A stretch of DNA of 64,000 nucleotides from an uncultured Solirubrobacterales bacterium (lineage in GTDB: Bacteria > Actinomycetota > Thermoleophilia > Solirubrobacterales > 70-9): NCBI GenBank assembly GCA_963850625.1, contig CAWKLZ010000010.1:16598-80597 (forward strand), given 5' to 3'. Position numbers and translations under genes: made by a program. Of this stretch, positions 1 through 9,161 are shown piece after piece; position 1 is the first letter of the stretch; every line of letters starts with the position of its first letter. Below the pieces are notes generated by a model. The model saw only the letters and a list, made by a program, of their open reading frames with translations. It was not told the origin of the DNA and did not search any database.

Positions 1-1491
1 CACGGCGGCCGAGGGGGACATCCTCTTCGACGTCGGTGACGAGCGCTATCCGTTCCTCGCGATCGTCGAGGGTGAGGCGGCGATCGAGGACGCGGCCGGC
101 AACGAGATCATCCGCCACAGCGCATCCGGCTTCCTCGGCGAGATGAACCTGCTCTCCGGGCAGACCGTTTTCCTGCGCGCCGTCGCCCGCTCGCCGATGC
201 GCCTGATCGCGATCGAGCGCGAGCAGCTGCGCGCGCTGCTGTTCGACGACTCTGACTTCTCGGAGCTCGTCCTCACGGCCTTCATCCGCCGCCGCGAGGC
301 GCTGCAGACGCAGCCCGGCATCGGCATCGAGATCATCGGCCCGCGCGAGGGCAACGAGACCCGGCGCGTCGTCGAGTTCGCGAAGCGCCTCCGCGTGCCG
401 TTCACGCGGCTCGATCCCGAGGGCGCCGGCAAGGAGGAGGAGGAGCAGGAGGCGCCGCTCGTGCGTCTCCCAGGCGGCCTCGAGCTGCATCGGCCCTCCA
501 ACGGCGAGCTCTCCCGGGCGCTCGGGATCGGCCTCGAGTTGCCGCCCGAGCTTGACGGTCGACCTGCTCGTCATCGGCGCCGGTCCGGCCGGGCTCGGCG
601 CCGCCGTCTACGGCGCCTCCGAGGGTCTCGACACGCTCCTCATCGAGAGCATCGGGCCTCGGCGGACAGGCCGGCTCCTCGCGCCGGATCGAGAACTACC
701 TCGGCTTCCCCGGCGGCGTCAGCGGGATCGAGCTGACGAGCCGTGCCGTCACCCAGGCACGTAAGTTCGGCGCCCGTACGGCGACCCCGTACTCGGCCAA
801 GCGCCTGACTCCCGATCCGCGTGGTCACCGGGTCCTCACGGAGGAAGGCCCGGAGATCACCGCTCGCGTCGTCGTCATCGCGACCGGCGCCCAGTACCGG
901 CGGCTTCCCGTCGAGCGCCTGGACGAGTTCGAGGGGTCGAGCATCTTCTACGCGGCCGGCCCACCCGAGGCGCAGCTCTGCGGCGGCTCCCGGGTCGGCG
1001 TCGTCGGCGGCGGCAACTCAGCGGCCCAGGCGGCGATCTGGCTCGCCAAGGGCGGCGCGCTGCCAACGCTCCTGCACCGCCGTGCCGACCTCCGCGAGAC
1101 GATGAGCGACTACCTGATCGGTGATCTGGAGCGCTTCGGGGTCGAGGTGCGCGATCGCAGCGAGGTCGCGGAGCTGCACGGCAGTGGCGGCGACCTCGAG
1201 GCGGTCACGCTCAAGGACGGCGAGCACCTGCCGCTCAGCTTCCTCTTTCTGTTCATCGGCGCCGATCCATGCACCGACTGGCTCGACGGCGAGCTCGAGC
1301 GCGACGAGCACGGCTTCCTGCTGACCGGGGCGGCGGCGGGGGCCGACGGGCTGTTGGCAACCAGCGAGCCGGGAGTCTTCGCTGCGGGCGACGTCCGCGC
1401 GGGCTCGATCAAGCGCTGCGCGACAGCGGTGGGGGAGGGTGCTACGGCGATCCAGCTCGTGCACCGCCACCTGAGCGCCCGGCCGGCCTGA
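1..1491 (+). CDS. cyclic-nucleotide-binding domain fused to thioredoxin-reductase-like FAD-dependent pyridine nucleotide-disulfide oxidoreductase (5' partial; two apparent frameshifts)
   Basis: From nt 2 the frame reads a cNMP-binding-like segment (GDILFDVGDERYPFLAIVEGEA..GFLGEMNLLSG). The reading continues as VDLLVIGAGPAGLGAAVYGASEGL (GxGxxG) in a second frame from ~555. It continues as GGQAGSS.RIENYLGFPGG...VVGGGNSAAQAA...VFAAGDVR in a third frame from ~660 to TGA 1489-1491. Confidence 0.75.
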
Positions 1492-1607
1492 GCGCCACCG
1501 GCGTTTACGAATCAAGGCGGGCGGGGATAGTCATCGGCATCGAAGCGAGCGGTGGGACCCACTCAATTTTCACGGCTGTCGGCTGGGGCCGCCGTCCGCA
1601 TGCCCTG

Positions 1608-2570
1608 ATGGGGCTGGGCGTCGTCGTGGTCACCGCGCTCGTTTTCGCGCTGACGCAGGCAGCGCCGGCGCAGGCGCTCGTGCACAAGGTCGGCAACGGT
1701 CGCTACACGAAGGAGTTCTGGACGAAGAAGCGGATGCGCAAGGCGAAGCCGATGCCGGCGCAGGCGGTCGCGCCCTCGGAGGCGCCGGACGGGCTGAAGA
1801 AGCTCCAGCCGCTTGCCCGGGCGGCAAAGCACAAGCACGGCCACGAGCACGGGGACCACAACGTGCCGCGGCACCCGCACGTGACCTCGGGAGCGGTCCC
1901 GCACGGGCTCTATTCACGTCCGCCGTTCCGCTCCACCGGGAAGCTCTACATGAAGTTCGCGAACGGGCTGTACTCGTGCTCGGCGACGGTGATCAAGTCG
2001 AAGTCCCATTCGACGATCCTCACGGCGGGCCACTGCATCCACGGGAAGGGACGCGGTTACGCGACCGCCGTCGCCTTCGTGCCGAGCTACTTCGCCGGCA
2101 GCGGTCCGCACGGACTCTGGTTCGGCCTGAAGCTGGCGACGACCAGGCAGTGGGTCAAGCACGAGAACCAGAAGTACGACTACGCGGCCGTACGCCTGGG
2201 CGGCCCGAGCCCGAACCTCGGCAAGCTGACGGGCGAGCTCCACGTCGCTACCAACGCCGGCCGTCACCACAAGGAGCTGGCGCTCGGCTATCCGAACAAC
2301 CTGGGCGGGACCGAGATCATGTGGGCGTGCTTCTCGAAGCTGATCGGCGACGATCCCTACGACCGCGGCCCGGGCCGCAAGAGCATCGCGATCGCCTGCA
2401 ACATGCTGCACGGCTGCAGCGGCGGTCCCTGGGAGTTCAAGCGCAAGCACCGCTGGTACGTGAACTCCGTCTCGAGCTACTTCTACGACACGAAGCGCTT
2501 CCGCCGGATCCTCTTCGGCCCGTACTTCACGAAGAGGATCCGCAGGGTCATTCACAGCGTGCAGCACTGA
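1608..2570 (+). CDS. secreted trypsin-like (S1 family) serine peptidase
   Basis: ATG at 1608 gives a signal peptide (MGLGVVVVTALVFALTQAAPAQA). Catalytic His context is TAGHCIHG and Ser context is GCSGGPW. The part of the track ORF upstream of 1608 is Arg/Gly junk overlapping the previous gene. Confidence 0.8.
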   Translation: MGLGVVVVTALVFALTQAAPAQALVHKVGNGRYTKEFWTKKRMRKAKPMPAQAVAPSEAPDGLKKLQPLARAAKHKHGHEHGDHNVPRHPHVTSGAVPHGLYSRPPFRSTGKLYMKFANGLYSCSATVIKSKSHSTILTAGHCIHGKGRGYATAVAFVPSYFAGSGPHGLWFGLKLATTRQWVKHENQKYDYAAVRLGGPSPNLGKLTGELHVATNAGRHHKELALGYPNNLGGTEIMWACFSKLIGDDPYDRGPGRKSIAIACNMLHGCSGGPWEFKRKHRWYVNSVSSYFYDTKRFRRILFGPYFTKRIRRVIHSVQH

Positions 2571-2786
2571 GCGCGAGGGCCGCCGGGGGGGCATGTGTCC
2601 GGCGGCGCTGGGCGGGGAGCCGGATTCCCGCAGCTGCAACGCACGATAACGCCGGTTATGTCCCCTGGAGGCGTGAGAGGGCTCGGATCGACCGCGGTGC
2701 CGAACGTCCCGCGTCCGTTCCCATAGACACGGCTGAGGGACGTTCGCCGGCTCCCGTAGCTCGTCACGGCCGATCCCCTGCTCGAC

Positions 2787-2839
2787 TCGGCTGCAATCTG
2801 GGCCGGCGCCCGGGCGATCGGCTGCAATCTGGGCCGGCG
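2787..2839 (+). repeat. perfect 22-nt tandem direct repeat (TCGGCTGCAATCTGGGCCGGCG x2, period 31 nt) in a convergent intergenic spacer
   Basis: Copies at 2787-2808 and 2818-2839 are identical by direct reading. Confidence 0.9.
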
Positions 2840-2901
2840 GCTCGGCGGGTCGCCGGCAGCAGCGCACAGGTCTACATAACCCCGCGCCCCGCCCGTGGGG
2901 C

Positions 2902-4368
2902 TCAGCGCGCCTTCGCCGCGATCTCCCTCGCGCAGCGCTCGCCGCTCTGAACCGCACCGTCGAGGTACCCGAGGTGCACCGTCTCCGTGTGCTCGCCGCC
3001 GAAGTGCAGGTTGCCCTCCGCCCGCGCCAGCTTGCCCCAGAAGCGCGTGAACTGGCCCGGCATGTAGGCGGCGTAGGAGCCGTGCGTGTGCGGATCGGCG
3101 GCCCAGTGGTCGAGCCACGCGGCGCCGTCGCCGCCATGTTCGACGCCGTCGACCGCGCGCCCGATCCGGCGTAGCTCATTGGCGACGACCTTCTTGGGGG
3201 CCTCGCCGTGCGGCTGCGGGCTCCGGTACCGGCGCCCGACCTCGCCGCCGGAGAAGACCGTCAGCACCGAGCGGCGCCCCGGCTGGTTGGCGGTGCTGTC
3301 CCAGGTGTCGACCCGGCGGTCGTAGTACTCGCCGCTCCAGCCGTCGTAGTGGCGCATGCGGCGCTCCAGCTGGACCAGCACCTTCGCATTGGTGCCCATC
3401 CCGAGCTCCTCGATCGCGCGTCGCTTGCGACGGCTGATGCCCGCCGTGCCGATCGCCGCCCGGCGCAGCGCCGTGAACGGCAGGCAGAGTGCGACGACGT
3501 CGAAGACGCGACTGCCGGGAACTCCCGCGAAGCCGAGCGCGTAGCTGCCGTCGCCGCGCCGGCGCAGCGAGGAGAGCGCCATACCGCGCTCGACCGCGCT
3601 GGCGGGCAGCGCCGCCGCCAACCCGTCGACGACCAGGTCGTTACCTCCGTGGACGTGGAAGCGCTCGTCGGAGCCCTGGCCGCGAGGCCCGAGCTCGATG
3701 ATCATGTTCATCGCGCTCAGCCGCGCTGCCTCGAGCCCGTACTCCTCCGCCATGTACTGCTTCATCGCCGCCCGGAGCACGGCGTGGCCCGGTCCGGGAG
3801 CGGCGGCGTCGATCCACTCGCGGGCGGTCATCTCGTCGAGTTGCGCCGCCGCCCTGCCGGAGGCGCCGTGCAGGTAGGGACCGATCCGCCGGGCGTCGCG
3901 GCGCGCTCGCGCGACCAACCTTCCGTAGCCGTTCCAGACGCCCGCCCCTGTTCGCTGCCGCCCGCCGAACCAATAGCGCGTCCGGCCGCCTTTCCGCAGC
4001 GGCCGCCGGCCGTCTTCGAGCTCGAGGCCGAGCTCGTGGACGAGGCGCCGGATCGCCCTGTGCGAGGTGTCGATGAACTCGCCGCCGTGCTCGGCCGTCT
4101 GGCCACCGGCGAACTCGCGCGCGGTCCAGCACCGCCCGCCGAGCCGCTCCGGGTTTGCCTCGAAGAGGCTCACGGGCAGACCGGCCTGCGTGAGCCTGTA
4201 CGCGCAGCTCAGGCCTGCCAGCCCGGCGCCGACCACGGCGATTCGCGGCGTCGTCGGCGGCATGCCCCAAGCGCGTGCCGCCAAGGGCCTGCGTAGCAGC
4301 AGGGCCCCGCCGGCTGCGGCACCGAGCCCGAGCAGCTCACGGCGGGAAGTACGTGGGGCGTCTTGCAC
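2902..4368 (-). CDS. Tat-exported flavin-containing amine oxidase
   Basis: N-terminus has a twin-arginine signal (TSRRELLGLGAAAGGALLL). It is followed by the FAD-binding fingerprint RIAVVGAGLAGLSCAY..LFEA..R.GGR and a C-terminal HFGGEHT motif typical of amine oxidases. GTG start with GAGAGG upstream. Confidence 0.85.
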   Translation of the reverse strand: MQDAPRTSRRELLGLGAAAGGALLLRRPLAARAWGMPPTTPRIAVVGAGLAGLSCAYRLTQAGLPVSLFEANPERLGGRCWTAREFAGGQTAEHGGEFIDTSHRAIRRLVHELGLELEDGRRPLRKGGRTRYWFGGRQRTGAGVWNGYGRLVARARRDARRIGPYLHGASGRAAAQLDEMTAREWIDAAAPGPGHAVLRAAMKQYMAEEYGLEAARLSAMNMIIELGPRGQGSDERFHVHGGNDLVVDGLAAALPASAVERGMALSSLRRRGDGSYALGFAGVPGSRVFDVVALCLPFTALRRAAIGTAGISRRKRRAIEELGMGTNAKVLVQLERRMRHYDGWSGEYYDRRVDTWDSTANQPGRRSVLTVFSGGEVGRRYRSPQPHGEAPKKVVANELRRIGRAVDGVEHGGDGAAWLDHWAADPHTHGSYAAYMPGQFTRFWGKLARAEGNLHFGGEHTETVHLGYLDGAVQSGERCAREIAAKAR

Positions 4369-4449
4369 GATCGTCGGCCTCTCGGTCTACATAACCCGCC
4401 CGGCGCCCCTTTGATCCGGTCCCGGCCACGCCCCCTCCTCTACGACACG

Positions 4450-4842
4450 CTACGCCCCTTCGGCCCACCATCCGGGCACGATCTCGCCATCGGCGTCGTG
4501 GTGCGGGCCGAAGACGATCATTTCGAGGCCGTCCTCACCGGCTTCGAACTGGCGCATCACGTCGGGCGCGATCCGTAGCGCGTCGAGTCTCGTCAGCTCG
4601 AGCACCTCGTCATCGAGCTTCACGCGGCCCGAGCCGGCGAGGACGACGAAGACCTCCTCGGCGTCGTCGTGCTTGTGTCCGAACGGCTGGCGCTGGTTCG
4701 GCTTCAGCTGGTGATGCGCGAGCCCCGTCTCCGTCGCGTCCAGGTCGCCCCTCGCGAAGCGGACCTCCATGATCTCGCCGCTCCCGTGCTTGGCCGCCGA
4801 ATCCTCGATCTCGCCGAGGTTCTTGTGCGTGTAGGCGTTCAT
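4450..4842 (-). CDS. cupin domain protein
   Basis: ATG at 4842 is preceded by GGAG. Cupin motifs are present: G.KHDDAEEVFVVLAG.G and a second conserved beta-strand region. The upstream part of the track ORF is Arg-rich and non-coding-like. Confidence 0.75.
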   Translation of the reverse strand: MNAYTHKNLGEIEDSAAKHGSGEIMEVRFARGDLDATETGLAHHQLKPNQRQPFGHKHDDAEEVFVVLAGSGRVKLDDEVLELTRLDALRIAPDVMRQFEAGEDGLEMIVFGPHHDADGEIVPGWWAEGA

Positions 4843-4915
4843 CGGTCTCCTGTCCGCGCCCTGCCGGACGCATGTTGATCGATTCCTCGTACGAGCGATT
4901 CTTACCCTCCCGGGC

Positions 4916-4953
4916 AAGAAAAAGCGGCGCCGGGCCACAGGACCCGGCGCCGC
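4916..4953 (-). terminator. intrinsic terminator downstream of the lipoprotein gene
   Basis: The minus strand reads GCGGCGCCGGG-tcctgtgg-CCCGGCGCCGC followed by TTTTTCTT. This is an 11-bp perfect GC stem plus a T-tract, ~40 nt after the stop at 4995. Confidence 0.75.
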
Positions 4954-4994
4954 AGTCATCGCGCCGTCCCGCGCGACGTTCTTTGCCTTCCCGG

Positions 4995-5645
4995 CTACGA
5001 GGGGAGGGCGACGGTAATCGCGCTGATGCCGACCACGGTGCCGCCCTTGACGGCGTTCGTCTTGAAGGCGCCGTTGAGCAGGTTCGCCGCGTCGGGCGAG
5101 AGCTCCACGGTGGTGCCCTCGAGCGTTGCCGTGCCCTGGTCCTTGTTGACCTGCAGCGCCTTCAGGGTCGAGCCGTCGAGGTCGAACAGCACGGCGCCCT
5201 TGGCGGCCGACTTACCGTTGACGGAGACGTCGCCCATCAGCTTCGAGGTCCCCGGATCGATGACGAAGTCGGTCAGGTCGACCTCGGTCTTGCCGGCGCT
5301 CAGGCTGAGCCCGCTGCCGGCGTGATCGATCTCGCCCTGGACGTAGGGACGCAGGGGCTGGCTCGGGTCGTAGTAGGTGACGTTGCCGCCCGTGATCGGG
5401 AAGGCGATGTAGCCGTCCTTGAGCGTCGCCTTGCCGACGGGGGCCGGAGTAAGACCGAGCTTCGTCAGCGCGTCGACGAAGCCCGCGTCGAGGGTGACCT
5501 TGGTCTGGACGCCGGTCAGGTTGTCGATCTGCGCGACGGGCTCCTCGCTGTCGGTCGACGTGGTGTCGCTGGAGCTTCCACACGCCGCGACGCCGATCGC
5601 GATAGCGGCGAGCAGCATCAGGCTGGCTGCGATTCGCTTGAACAT
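4995..5645 (-). CDS. lipoprotein of unknown function
   Basis: MFKRIAASLMLLAAIAIGVAAC GSSS is a signal peptide plus lipobox Cys. Coding-like GC3 throughout. Confidence 0.7.
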   Translation of the reverse strand: MFKRIAASLMLLAAIAIGVAACGSSSDTTSTDSEEPVAQIDNLTGVQTKVTLDAGFVDALTKLGLTPAPVGKATLKDGYIAFPITGGNVTYYDPSQPLRPYVQGEIDHAGSGLSLSAGKTEVDLTDFVIDPGTSKLMGDVSVNGKSAAKGAVLFDLDGSTLKALQVNKDQGTATLEGTTVELSPDAANLLNGAFKTNAVKGGTVVGISAITVALPS

Positions 5646-5805
5646 TTCTGTGTTTCCTTTCGAGTTGATTCGGAGCACGGCGGTGCTGGGCAGCCCCTCC
5701 GAAGAGGGCCCCGGCTGCCGGCGCGTTATCCCTCTATGCGGCGCCGGCGCCGGACTGGATCAATCGATTCCGCAAATCGCTTGCTTGCAGGGATAAGGTG
5801 CGCCG

Positions 5806-7650
5806 ATGCCCACCCCGCAGACCGACGTCCGCGCGCCGACCGCGGGTGTCGTGCAGAGCGTCGAGGTGAGTGCCGGGGCGAGCATCGACCGCGGCGCGCT
5901 CGTCGCCCTGATCGAGGTGATGAAGATGGAGACGGAGGTTCGGGCTGAGCTCGCGGGAACGGTCTCCGAGGTCCTCGTCGCGACCGGTCAGAGCGTCGCC
6001 GAGGGCGACGTCCTCGTCCGGATCGCGCCCGACGCGACGGCTGGCAACGGCGCCGAGCCGGAAGCCGGCCACGCCGAGCGGAGCTCCGCAGGCGTCAGGC
6101 CCGACCTCGCCGAGGTCCTCGACCGGCGCCGCCGCGCCCTCGACGAGGGTCGCCCGGATGCCGTCTCGGGCCGGCACGACCGCGGCGGGCGCACCGCGCG
6201 CGAGAACCTCGAGGACCTGATCGACGCCGGCAGCTTCTCCGAGTACGGGATCTTCGCCCTCGCCGCGCAGCGCCAGCGCCGCAGCGAGGACGAGCTGATC
6301 GAGCGCACGGCGGCGGACGGGCTGATCGGCGGAATCGCCACCATCAACGCCGAGCGCTTCGGGGCCGAGCGTGCCTCGTGCGCTGTCGTCTCCTACGACT
6401 ACACCGTGCTCGCCGGCACGCAGGGCGCGCTCGGGCACTTCAAGAAGGACCGCCTGTTCGAGGTGATCGAGCGCACGCGCCTGCCGGTCGTCCTCTTCGC
6501 GGAGGGCGGCGGCGGCCGCCCCGGCGACACCGACATGCCGACCGGCTCCTCGCTGACCGCGCGCGCGTTCGCGCTCTGGGGCCGCCTCTCGGGCCTCGTG
6601 CCGCGGATCGCGATCGTCCACGGGCGCTGCTTCGCCGGCAACGCGGCGCTCGCCGGCACGGCCGACATCCTGATCGCGACCGAGGGCGCCAACATCGGCA
6701 TGGGCGGCCCGGCGATGATCGAGGGCGGCGGGCTCGGCAACTATGCGCCTGAGCAGGTCGGCCCGATCGACGTCCAGGACGCGAACGGCGTCGTCGATGT
6801 CCGGGTCGCAGACGAGGCCGAAGCGGTCGCCGTCGCCAAGAGCCTGCTCGGCTACTTCCAGGGGCGCACGGATGAGTGGACGGCGCCAGCGCAGGAGCCG
6901 CTGCGCGACGTCGTGCCTGAGAGCCGGCGGCGTAGCTATGACATGCACTCGGTGATCGCCGGGCTCTGCGACAAGGACTCGGTGACCGAGCTCCGGCGGG
7001 GCTTCGCCGCGGGCATGATCACCGTCTTCGCCCGGATCGAGGGGCGGCCGATCGGGATCGTCGCCAACGACCCTTCCCATCTCGCGGGCGCGATCACGAG
7101 CCCCGGCGCCGACAAGGCGGCGCGCTTCATGACCCTCTGCGAGGCGTTCGGGATCCCCGTCCTCTCGCTCGTCGACACGCCGGGGATGATGGTCGGGCCC
7201 GAGGTCGAGGAGACGGCGCTCGTCCGGCACTGCTCGCGCCTGTTCTCGATCGGCCCCAACCTGACCGTGCCGCTGCTCGCGGTCGTCGTCGGCCGCGGCT
7301 ACGGGCTTGGCGCGCAGGCGATGGTCGGCGGCAGCTTCCTCGAGCCGCTGCTGACCCTGGCCTGGCCGACCGGCGAGCTCGGCCCGATGGGGATCGAGGG
7401 CGCGGTCAAGCTCGGCATGAAGAACGAGCTCGCCGCGATCACCGACGAGGCCGAGCGCGAAGAGCACTTCCGCGAGCTGGTCGCCGGCCTGCGCCACCAC
7501 TTCCGCGCGCTCAACGTCGCCACCTACTTCGAGCTCGACGACGTCATCGACCCCGCCGAGACCCGCACCCGCCTCGCCCAGACACTCGCTGCCGCCCCCT
7601 CCCCCGCCCCCCGCGAGGGCAAGCGCCTGCCATGGGTCGACACGTGGTGA
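5806..7650 (+). CDS. biotin carboxyl carrier domain fused to acyl-CoA carboxyltransferase domain
   Basis: The N-terminal ~75 aa form a biotinyl/lipoyl domain with the EVMKMETEV biotinylation motif. The remaining ~530 aa align by eye with carboxyltransferase (PccB/AccD-like) N and C lobes. It is one uninterrupted 614-aa ORF. Confidence 0.85.
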   Translation: MPTPQTDVRAPTAGVVQSVEVSAGASIDRGALVALIEVMKMETEVRAELAGTVSEVLVATGQSVAEGDVLVRIAPDATAGNGAEPEAGHAERSSAGVRPDLAEVLDRRRRALDEGRPDAVSGRHDRGGRTARENLEDLIDAGSFSEYGIFALAAQRQRRSEDELIERTAADGLIGGIATINAERFGAERASCAVVSYDYTVLAGTQGALGHFKKDRLFEVIERTRLPVVLFAEGGGGRPGDTDMPTGSSLTARAFALWGRLSGLVPRIAIVHGRCFAGNAALAGTADILIATEGANIGMGGPAMIEGGGLGNYAPEQVGPIDVQDANGVVDVRVADEAEAVAVAKSLLGYFQGRTDEWTAPAQEPLRDVVPESRRRSYDMHSVIAGLCDKDSVTELRRGFAAGMITVFARIEGRPIGIVANDPSHLAGAITSPGADKAARFMTLCEAFGIPVLSLVDTPGMMVGPEVEETALVRHCSRLFSIGPNLTVPLLAVVVGRGYGLGAQAMVGGSFLEPLLTLAWPTGELGPMGIEGAVKLGMKNELAAITDEAEREEHFRELVAGLRHHFRALNVATYFELDDVIDPAETRTRLAQTLAAAPSPAPREGKRLPWVDTW

Positions 7651-9092
7651 GCCGGGCACTGATCGGCCTCGCGGGCGCTCTCGCCGTGCTCGCGATCGTG
7701 CAACCCGCAGGGGGAGCCCAGCCGGTGCCCGGGCGGTCGGCGACGTGTGCGGCAGCCCTGAATCCCGGCGGCACGGCGAACACGCCGGATGACAAGCGGG
7801 CCGGATCCGCGGAACCGCTGCCGTCCGCATGGAAGAAGGCTCGGCGACAGCCGCATGAGGTGTACCTGCGGAGCCGTACCGCCACCTACAACCGGTCGTA
7901 CGAGTTCGCGCTCAGACACGGGCATCTGCTCGCACATCCGCGGGGCAGCCGCGAGCCATGGCGTCGCGTGCCGCTCCCCGAATGTCTCGAGGGGAACCTG
8001 AGCGCGATCTCCGCGGACGACGACGAGATGATCGGCCTCGATCGCGACCGCCAGATCTACACGATGGACAACGCCCTCAAGGCGCCGGAGAGGTGGAACT
8101 GGACATCCCGCTGGGGGCCGCCGGTATGGACGGGCGACGGCTTCCGACTGCCGCGCACCGACGCCTGGTCGTGGTCGGTGATCTCACCGGCCGAGGACGA
8201 GCGCTGGACCGATCCGGCCGGCAATCACACCGCGGTGGGCACCTACAAGGTCTCCCACATCTGGGGCCTCCGCGACGGCGGCAGCAAGCTCAGCTTCTGG
8301 GACCCGTGGCTTCCTCGCGACAACAGCTACGAGATGTGCGGCCCGCATCGCAGTCGCTTTCGGGCCGTCAGCGTCTCGGCCAGCGGCTCCCACATCTTCG
8401 TGATCGGCGCCCATGGCGACATGTTCACCCGGCTCTACGACTTCGACCTGTCCGGTTACGACCAGGTGTTCTTCCAGTACTCCTACGACGACCAGCGCGG
8501 CGCCGGCGACGGCGCGCCGATCCAGCTCCCGGCCGAGCCGTGGACAAGGCAGCCGAAGATCCACGGGCGGATCACGTCCGCGATCTCGGTCAGCAAGTTC
8601 GGTGTCGACGCCGTCCACGCGCGTCTACGGGTAGCCGGGCGGCGCCACGGACGCACCGGCTACTGGCAGCGCGACGTCGCCATGCCGCGCAGCGCGGCCT
8701 GGCGATTTCACGCCACCGGCGGGTCGTTGCCGGGAACGCCGCTGCCGAACCCGCCACAAAACACGTCGCGGCGCGGCCTCGATGCGAGCGAGAACGCTCG
8801 CTACGTCATGGACGAGGCCGGGACTCACGGCGTCATCGCCAACTACAACGCCTACTGCTCACCTGCGGCGCTGACCATGCGGCGCGCGGGGGGGCCAGCC
8901 CGGCGGCTGACCCTCCACACCGTCGACGGCCTGCGTCAGACGACGCGGGCCCGCGGTCTCGACGACGTCCCTCGCCAGCAGTACGGAGCGATCGAATACC
9001 CGTCCGGCCGCTTCGAGCCCGTCACGGTGCTGGCCACCCGCCGCCAGATCGTGATCCCGGAGCACGGCTGGGTCTTCAAGCGGGCCGGCTGA
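7632..9092 (+). CDS. secreted protein of unknown function (Trp-rich)
   Basis: Signal peptide: RALIGLAGALAVLAIVQPAGGAQP. High GC3. An alternative GTG start at 7647 forms a GTGA overlap with the carboxylase stop (7648-7650). Confidence 0.6.
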   Translation: MGRHVVSRALIGLAGALAVLAIVQPAGGAQPVPGRSATCAAALNPGGTANTPDDKRAGSAEPLPSAWKKARRQPHEVYLRSRTATYNRSYEFALRHGHLLAHPRGSREPWRRVPLPECLEGNLSAISADDDEMIGLDRDRQIYTMDNALKAPERWNWTSRWGPPVWTGDGFRLPRTDAWSWSVISPAEDERWTDPAGNHTAVGTYKVSHIWGLRDGGSKLSFWDPWLPRDNSYEMCGPHRSRFRAVSVSASGSHIFVIGAHGDMFTRLYDFDLSGYDQVFFQYSYDDQRGAGDGAPIQLPAEPWTRQPKIHGRITSAISVSKFGVDAVHARLRVAGRRHGRTGYWQRDVAMPRSAAWRFHATGGSLPGTPLPNPPQNTSRRGLDASENARYVMDEAGTHGVIANYNAYCSPAALTMRRAGGPARRLTLHTVDGLRQTTRARGLDDVPRQQYGAIEYPSGRFEPVTVLATRRQIVIPEHGWVFKRAG

Positions 9093-9161
9093 CGATCACA
9101 CCCTCGCCGGGCGCAGCGGTACGATCACCCGTGCAGGCAGGGAGCGTCAGAGGGGGAAGTT

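Noticed and set aside
4871-5775. Recurring ATCGATTCC / AATCGATT motifs in AT-richer promoter regions (4878, 5762, 28772) as a shared operator
   Set aside because: There are only three short occurrences with inconsistent orientation and distance relative to the downstream genes. The ATCGAT core is a short palindrome likely to recur by chance in the few AT-rich patches.
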